32,000 nt of DNA from Crocosphaera subtropica ATCC 51142 (GTDB lineage Bacteria; Cyanobacteriota; Cyanobacteriia; Cyanobacteriales; Microcystaceae): assembly GCF_000017845.1 (NCBI RefSeq), contig NC_010546.1, forward strand, positions 3,420,001 to 3,452,000, written 5' to 3'. Under the pieces are notes generated by a model, which was given only the letters and a program-made list of their open reading frames with translations, ran no database searches and had not been told where the DNA came from. Made by a program: the position numbers and the translations under genes. Below are positions 26,755-32,000 of the stretch, one piece after another. Positions within the stretch are counted from its first letter, which is position 1, and the number at the start of each line of letters is the position of its first letter.

Positions 26755-27345
26755 ATGAATCAAAAAGCGAATATTGGTGTTATTATTTTAGCTGCCGGAG
26801 CTTCAATGCGAATGGGTACACCGAAACAACTGTTACCCTATCGAGCCTCTACTTTACTTCTCAACACCATTGAAACAGCGATCGCCTCAATTTGCCAACC
26901 TATTGTGGTGGTTTTAGGAGCCAATGGAGATAAAATAAGCTCTAAGATGGATCAATCTAGGGTTTCGGTGGTTAAAAACAAAAATTGGTCTTTAGGGATG
27001 GGTTCATCTATTCGTTTGGGGATTAAGTCTCTTCTGAGTTATCCTGAAACCATAAAAGCTGCTGTTATTTGTGTTTGCGATCAACCTTTTCTGACAGCAG
27101 AAATGATTAATCATCTTGTCTTTTCTTATCAAACCACTGGAAACCCTATCGTTGCTTGTACCTATGCAGATACTTATGGGGTTCCAGTTTTATTTGATTC
27201 TCAATTTTTCTCTGAATTAGTTAGTTTAAAAGGAAAAAGAGGAGCCAAAAAATTAATTCAACAATACGAAAATGATGCCTTTTTCATTCCTTTTCCTCAA
27301 GGAATAATTGATATTGATACCCCAGAAGATTATCAACAATTATAA
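26755..27345 (+). CDS. MobA/MocA-like nucleotidyltransferase (molybdenum cofactor cytidylyl/guanylyl-transferase family)
   Basis: 196-aa ORF starting 6 nt after the XdhC-family gene. It has the signature IILAAGASMRMGTPKQLL and a CDQP motif. Confidence 0.75.
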   Translation: MNQKANIGVIILAAGASMRMGTPKQLLPYRASTLLLNTIETAIASICQPIVVVLGANGDKISSKMDQSRVSVVKNKNWSLGMGSSIRLGIKSLLSYPETIKAAVICVCDQPFLTAEMINHLVFSYQTTGNPIVACTYADTYGVPVLFDSQFFSELVSLKGKRGAKKLIQQYENDAFFIPFPQGIIDIDTPEDYQQL

Positions 27346-27356
27346 TTGACGATAGT

Positions 27357-29093
27357 TTACTCAAATTTCCAGTCCTTAATATTCCAAGTATTGCGATCCC
27401 AAGGGGTCAATTCAAACCCTTGTAAACGGTTACTAATAGCGGTCACATCCGCACGATGAACCAGAGGAATAATGACTACATCATTGATTAAAATATCATT
27501 CATCTCAATAAACAGTTCTTGTCGTTTTTGGGGATCTAATTCTGTAGTTGCAGCTTTCCATAATTGGTCGTATTCAGGATTACAATAACGAGTATAATTA
27601 TCCCCTACCCAATTATTGGCTTTTTGGGGAATTTCATCACACTTATAACCTTCCATATAGTTAGTGGGATCTGGGCTATAATTTCCTGTGGTGAACATCT
27701 GTAAATCAGCATAAAAATGCTCAACCGTATCATTATTAGAGGGATCACCAGAGAAGAAAATACTGGCATCAATACTTTTTAATTCCACCCCTACACCAAT
27801 GGTTTCTAATCCTTGTTTGACGATTTCTTGAGTTTTTTGACGTAGAGGATTTACCGAAGTTTGAAACACCACTTGCATCTCTACCCCATTTTTATCCCTT
27901 GTACCATTATTATTAGTATCTTTCCATCCCGCTTGGTCTAATAATTGTTGAGCTTTTTCTAAATTAAATACATAAGAGGTATTGGGAGATTTATATGCTT
28001 CGGGTAAGAGTAAAATGTTAGCTGCCGGTTGCCCTGTAATACCATACAGTTGCTGACTAATGGTATCTCGATCTATAGCGAAACTAAACGCTTTTCTAAC
28101 GGTTTTATCACTCAAAAAAGGGTGGGGATTATTAATATTTGATCGCTCTCCATCTGCTGTTTCTTGATTGGGATCAGAAAAATTTAATAAAATACGTTCG
28201 CTTAATGTTCCTAAAATGGAAACAAGTTTTCCTTGTCCTCCTGCTTCTAATTGTTGCAAAATAGGAGCCTCTACTTGTAGGTTAAAAGCATAGTCTGCGT
28301 CTCCTGTTTGTAATACCGCACGGGCTGCAGAAGTTGCGTCGCCTCCTCCTTTCAATTCGATGCGTTTAAAGGCTAATTGATCGGCATTTCTAAAATAAGG
28401 ATTGGGTTCATAAATAACCACATCCCCTGGTTTAAATTCAACGACTTTATAGGGTCCTGTGCCAATGGGTAATAAATTAGCAGGGGCTTGTCGGGCGTTT
28501 TCTCCATTATATTTTTGATAAATATGACGAGGTAAAATTAGTCCTGATGAGCCAATAAAAAACCGATTCCAACCAGGATTAACTCTTTTAAATGTAATTT
28601 TTACTGTGTCATAATCAAGGGCTTCAACCTTCTCAATAATTTCATAATCTCCTGAACTGGTTGCCCCAACTTTAGGATTACTTAAAAAGTCATAAGTAAA
28701 GACCACGTCGTCTGCAGTAAATGGGGTACCATCAGACCATTTTATGTCTGGTTTTAATTTCCAAGTTACAGATTTTCCGTCCGCCGCAATTCCTCCATTT
28801 TCACGGGAGGGAATTTCAGCCGCTAAAAAGGGAATTAATTCCCCATTTTTGTCGTAGGTAGCTAAAGGTTCTAAAGTGATTCGACTGGCTTCTGAATCTT
28901 TCAATCCTGTGGATAAGTGAGGGTTAAGAATGGTAGGAGCTTGCCAATATAATAATTTTAATGTATCACTATCACTTCCGATATCGGTAGAGGCTTGCTC
29001 TTGGGAATTACAGCTACTTAAAATAAGAGAGGTTCCTAAACATAAAGATAATAACCAATGGCAAGAGCGATCATAAAATCCTTTCTTAAACAC
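27357..29093 (-). CDS. ABC transporter substrate-binding lipoprotein, family 5 (peptide/nickel/opine type)
   Basis: 578-aa ORF with GTG at 29093 and GAGGA 12 nt upstream. It has the lipobox-like LILSSC and family-5 features (WSDGTPFTADDVVFTY, YKVVEFKPGD). No permease or ATPase genes are adjacent. Confidence 0.85.
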   Translation of the reverse strand: MFKKGFYDRSCHWLLSLCLGTSLILSSCNSQEQASTDIGSDSDTLKLLYWQAPTILNPHLSTGLKDSEASRITLEPLATYDKNGELIPFLAAEIPSRENGGIAADGKSVTWKLKPDIKWSDGTPFTADDVVFTYDFLSNPKVGATSSGDYEIIEKVEALDYDTVKITFKRVNPGWNRFFIGSSGLILPRHIYQKYNGENARQAPANLLPIGTGPYKVVEFKPGDVVIYEPNPYFRNADQLAFKRIELKGGGDATSAARAVLQTGDADYAFNLQVEAPILQQLEAGGQGKLVSILGTLSERILLNFSDPNQETADGERSNINNPHPFLSDKTVRKAFSFAIDRDTISQQLYGITGQPAANILLLPEAYKSPNTSYVFNLEKAQQLLDQAGWKDTNNNGTRDKNGVEMQVVFQTSVNPLRQKTQEIVKQGLETIGVGVELKSIDASIFFSGDPSNNDTVEHFYADLQMFTTGNYSPDPTNYMEGYKCDEIPQKANNWVGDNYTRYCNPEYDQLWKAATTELDPQKRQELFIEMNDILINDVVIIPLVHRADVTAISNRLQGFELTPWDRNTWNIKDWKFE

Positions 29094-29474
29094 AGATAGA
29101 AGACTTCCTCAGATGATTACGGTTAGGCTAAATTGTAACAGATTATTGGTGAAACGGGAGTTACCGATAATCCTAGGGGTTCGCCATAGGTGAAAACCCG
29201 TAATTTTTTAGTTAAAATTACCGAGCCAATCAAGGAATTTACGGAGTTTTTATTAATAACTATTTATTCTTTTAAACCAGAAAAATCCACTTAATAAATT
29301 ATAATAATAGTATTAATTCTGATGCTTTAAATATCGAGAATTGACTTTTTCCTGAAAATTACTGAACTCCTACCCTATCAATTTTACTGACATTCCATAA
29401 TTCTACTGAGTAATATTAATTAGTTGTCTAAAAATTGTTAATTTTACCTATCAATAATTATTCAACCTAAACAA

Positions 29475-30107
29475 ATGATAAACCCTCTTATTTCTCGTCT
29501 CCTTATTATTACCCTTTGTCTAACCCCTGTTACTTTAATCGTTGCTTCTCAACCGAGTTCAGCAGAAACCAAAAATATTGAAACCACCCTACAAAGACTG
29601 ACACAGGAAGCCAAAATACAAACGGAACAAGGTCAGCCTCAACAGGCGATCGCCACTTGGCAAGAAGTTCTCGATCTTGCTCAACAATATAACAAACAAA
29701 ACCTACAAGCCTTTGCTTTAGTGGGACTGGGGTTAAATTATCACGAACTGAAACAACCCTCTACCGCTTTAGGCTACTACCAACAAGCTTTACCTATCGC
29801 TCAACGAAGTGGCGATCGCCGTGTTGTTGGGGCTGCTCTCAATAATATGGGGGCTTCCTATCAAAGTCTCGGACAATATCAAGAAGCCTTGACTTACTAT
29901 CAACGGGCGTTACCCATTACCCAACAAGTAGACAAGCCAGCAGATACCGCTAAAACCCTGAATAATATGGGAGAAATCTACAGCCTAACTGGAAAAATGG
30001 CAACGGCCTTACAATACTATCAAGAAGCTTTATATATAGCTCAGAAATCTGGTGATCCTCTTTTAGAACAAGAAATTCGTAATAACATTGCTGCCATTGG
30101 CAACTAA
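29475..30107 (+). CDS. Secreted tetratricopeptide-repeat (TPR) protein
   Basis: 210-aa ORF with an N-terminal signal-like helix. It contains at least four degenerate TPR units with recurring A..YYQ.AL.IAQ and LNNMG patterns. Confidence 0.8.
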   Translation: MINPLISRLLIITLCLTPVTLIVASQPSSAETKNIETTLQRLTQEAKIQTEQGQPQQAIATWQEVLDLAQQYNKQNLQAFALVGLGLNYHELKQPSTALGYYQQALPIAQRSGDRRVVGAALNNMGASYQSLGQYQEALTYYQRALPITQQVDKPADTAKTLNNMGEIYSLTGKMATALQYYQEALYIAQKSGDPLLEQEIRNNIAAIGN

Positions 30108-30132
30108 GCAATTAAAAAAAATTGTCTCTTTT

Positions 30133-30175
30133 AATGTAAAGAAATCTTGCAATCCCTCAAAAGTTTTGTTAAGAT
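30133..30175 (+). promoter_or_regulatory. Candidate hli promoter (-35 TTGCAA, -10 TAAGAT) with an overlapping partial HLR1-like motif
   Basis: TTGCAA (30147-30152), a 17-nt spacer and TAAGAT (30170-30175). AATGTAAA (30133-30140) is the reverse complement of the HLR1 half-site TTTACATT. The second half-site, AATCTTGC, is a poor match. Confidence 0.3.
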
Positions 30176-30228
30176 TGTCATCAAGCACTTGACTTAATTA
30201 CAGTTACCCAATACAGAGGTATATCATT

Positions 30229-30372
30229 ATGGATAACCAAGAAACTAAATTCGGCTTCACCACATTTGCTGAAAACTGGAATGGTCGCCTAGCTATGCTT
30301 GGCTTCGTCATCGGTATTGCTACTGAATACCTAACCGGACAAGGCATCCTTTCTCAATTAGGCTTAATGTAA
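30229..30372 (+). CDS. hli: High-light-inducible protein (HLIP/Scp, single-helix CAB family); absent from the ORF track
   Basis: Hand translation gives MDNQETKFGFTTFAENWNGRLAMLGFVIGIATEYLTGQGILSQLGLM (47 aa). It has the hallmark FGF..AE.WNGRLAM(L/I)GF chlorophyll-binding helix. GAGG lies 9 nt upstream of the ATG. Confidence 0.9.
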   Translation: MDNQETKFGFTTFAENWNGRLAMLGFVIGIATEYLTGQGILSQLGLM

Positions 30373-30379
30373 TGAAAAA

Positions 30380-30400
30380 GGGTGAGTTATTTCCTCACCC
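30380..30400 (+). terminator. Candidate terminator hairpin after hli
   Basis: GGGTGAG (30380-30386) and CTCACCC (30394-30400) form a 7-bp stem with a 7-nt loop. The following T tract is weak (CTCTTAT). Confidence 0.4.
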
Positions 30401-30581
30401 CTCTTATAGATACAGTACGGTCAATTGGATTGGATTATAGCCGTTCTCAGTCAAATTATATACATTTTGTTTCTTTTAGGGTGACCATAGGCTCACTCTA
30501 TTTTTTTTGTAAAGCTCACATCTTGTACCTTCGCTCAAACGAAGCTCCTTTAGGGAGGGAACAGGGAACACGGTAGAGCCA

Positions 30582-30962
30582 CTAAAATAATTCAGGATAT
30601 TTTTGCCAAACTTTAGTAATAAATTGATGCAATTTTTCTTTAGCAATAGGATTATTATTGATAGAATCATCTGGACTGTGTAACTGACTTAATAAAGGGA
30701 TTACTTCTGTATCTAAAGCAGGTTGAAAAAGAATAATTGGATAGAGTAAATCAGACGTTGAGCGGACATCCATTAATAAGGTAGGAGCGAATAATTGAGG
30801 ATAAATTTCTCTTTCTTGAGACATATCCACTAAACATAAGGGACGAACCCAACACAATTGACGAGATTCTACCACTTGAATCACTTCACAATAAAGACGA
30901 TGAGACTGATGAGCTAAATAGACAATTTGTTGAGGAGTAAAAAGGCAATTTTCACCCGTCAT
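30582..30962 (-). CDS. Hypothetical protein immediately downstream of the RNase II/R gene
   Basis: The ORF track begins at TTG 30986, overlapping the upstream gene by 4 nt. The first ATG at 30962 gives MTGENCLF.... No recognisable motif. Confidence 0.5.
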   Translation of the reverse strand: MTGENCLFTPQQIVYLAHQSHRLYCEVIQVVESRQLCWVRPLCLVDMSQEREIYPQLFAPTLLMDVRSTSDLLYPIILFQPALDTEVIPLLSQLHSPDDSINNNPIAKEKLHQFITKVWQKYPELF

Positions 30963-30982
30963 GGTTATTGAATAATTAATGA

Positions 30983-32000
30983 TCAATTGTTAATGATAGT
31001 TTCGTGTTCAAGCATCTCACGAAAACGAATTTCGTCCCGATGGGGATCAGCACGACTCACCTGTACATTGAGGCGATCGCCTAAAGATACCGATCGTTCA
31101 AAGCGATGAGGTAATTCTAACCCTAATTCTTCTAAGAGGATCACCCCTAACCCTTCATCTTCCCTTAACCACCGTAAAACCAACCCTTGCCAAACCTGAT
31201 CGGCGTTACGACGTAAAAATTCTAACCCCCAATAACGGTTTGTCTGTCTTTCCACTAAAGACGCTTCTTGCGCTGAGAGGGTGACACTATATAAAATTTG
31301 TTGCATAACATCCAAGGGAAAAGGCAACTTATCTCCTCTCAGATGAGCTTTTAGCTGAAAATGGGTCAATAAATCCGTATAACGACGAATCGGGGAGGTT
31401 ACTTGGGTATAATTATCTAATCCTAAACTAGCGTGCCGACTGGGTAGGGTTCCCATCTCGCTGCGAGGCATACAACGGCGCAACGCACAAGCTCTAACTG
31501 GGCCTGGGGGTAATAAGAGTAACTCTTCTTCTGAGGGTAACTCTGGTTGAGGTTGTCCCCGAAAGGGAACAGGTATTCCATGTTCTCGACAATAATTTCC
31601 TGCTACTTCTCCGGCCAAAATCATCATTTCTGCTACTAATTGACGGGAAATGGAGGTTTCTAATAATTCAATAATAATTTCTTCTTCTGACTTCACCTTA
31701 ATAATGGCTTCTGGCATTTTGATGGTGATGGACCCTTGAGACTGTCGCCACTGATGTCGTTTTTTAGCTGCTTCTGCTAACACCGCTAATTCTGACTCGG
31801 CGGTAATGCCTAACTGTAACATTTCATCGACATCGTGGTAGGTGAGGCGATAGGTGGGTTTAATGAGACTGGCATGGATAGAATAATCTAAAATGGCTCC
31901 GTGACTATCTAAAATCACCCCAAAACTCAAAGCAGCGCAAAGTTTCCCTTGACGTAAACTCATTGGGCCTGTGGCTAACTCCACAGGAAACATGGAAATC
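30983..32000 (-). CDS. RNB-domain 3'-5' exoribonuclease (RNase II/R family), C-terminal part; 5' end lies outside the window
   Basis: It has the RNB motif HASLGLDNYTQVTSPIRRYTDL and a C-terminal S1-like region (GLVLRWLRE..GVILLEELGLE). The frame remains open beyond the track ATG at 31993 to the window edge, and the first residues already lie inside the catalytic domain. Confidence 0.85.
   Translation of the reverse strand, partial: ISMFPVELATGPMSLRQGKLCAALSFGVILDSHGAILDYSIHASLIKPTYRLTYHDVDEMLQLGITAESELAVLAEAAKKRHQWRQSQGSITIKMPEAIIKVKSEEEIIIELLETSISRQLVAEMMILAGEVAGNYCREHGIPVPFRGQPQPELPSEEELLLLPPGPVRACALRRCMPRSEMGTLPSRHASLGLDNYTQVTSPIRRYTDLLTHFQLKAHLRGDKLPFPLDVMQQILYSVTLSAQEASLVERQTNRYWGLEFLRRNADQVWQGLVLRWLREDEGLGVILLEELGLELPHRFERSVSLGDRLNVQVSRADPHRDEIRFREMLEHETIINN

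Noticed and set aside
29094-29474. Tested the spacer by eye against cobalamin, TPP, glutamine (glnA RNA) and NiCo riboswitch consensus features
   Set aside because: There are only superficial resemblances (GGTGAAA, GAACC...). No B12 box, no CUGAGA/ACCUGA TPP core and no glnA-type pseudoknot motif is present. The region is reported only as unexplained structure.
30382-30670. ORFs 30382..30576 (+) and 30476..30670 (-)
   Set aside because: They lie in the gap after hli and over the 3' end of the 30582 gene. They overlap each other and have no motifs or SD.

Overview
This is a 32 kb chromosomal segment from a low-GC cyanobacterium, probably a unicellular Cyanothece/Crocosphaera-like organism; that placement is an inference from content only. 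Supporting evidence includes at least 18 copies of the HIP1 palindrome GCGATCGC, a 47-aa high-light-inducible protein gene that the ORF track missed, and a monocistronic groEL behind a perfect CIRCE operator. An RRM-type Rbp gene, heptameric STRR-like tandem repeats and a CCB1/DUF3529-like gene also fit. I support about 31 CDSs, mostly conserved housekeeping or regulatory genes: rnhB, rluD, queF, groEL, gmd, a sulfurtransferase, a GAF histidine kinase, an ABC substrate-binding protein and a partial RNase II/R gene. I found no rRNA, tRNA, CRISPR array, transposase or integrase. One roughly 150-bp MITE-like nested inverted repeat sits just 3' of a small ORF.

The regions most worth a second look are listed here.
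1. 480-5872: a same-strand cluster in which the uncharacterised TIGR02588-like/TIGR02587-like membrane pair is split by a DUF1206 protein and an FAD-Rieske oxidoreductase. The oxidoreductase and the TIGR02587-like ORF share a reading frame, separated by a single TAG. A baeRF3-like (release-factor-fold) protein follows.
2. 6996-9983: a sigma-less partner-switching module (RsbW-like kinase, REC-PP2C phosphatase, STAS protein) whose kinase appears co-transcribed with a rhodanese-type sulfurtransferase.
3. 25594-27345: an orphan XdhC/MocA-like molybdenum-cofactor maturation pair with no molybdoenzyme nearby.
4. 20568-25509: a glycan cluster with two paralogous GT4 genes, a GT2 and a lone gmd, interrupted by an antisense rbp gene.

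All family assignments come from motifs read by eye and from memory of the families. No searches were run.
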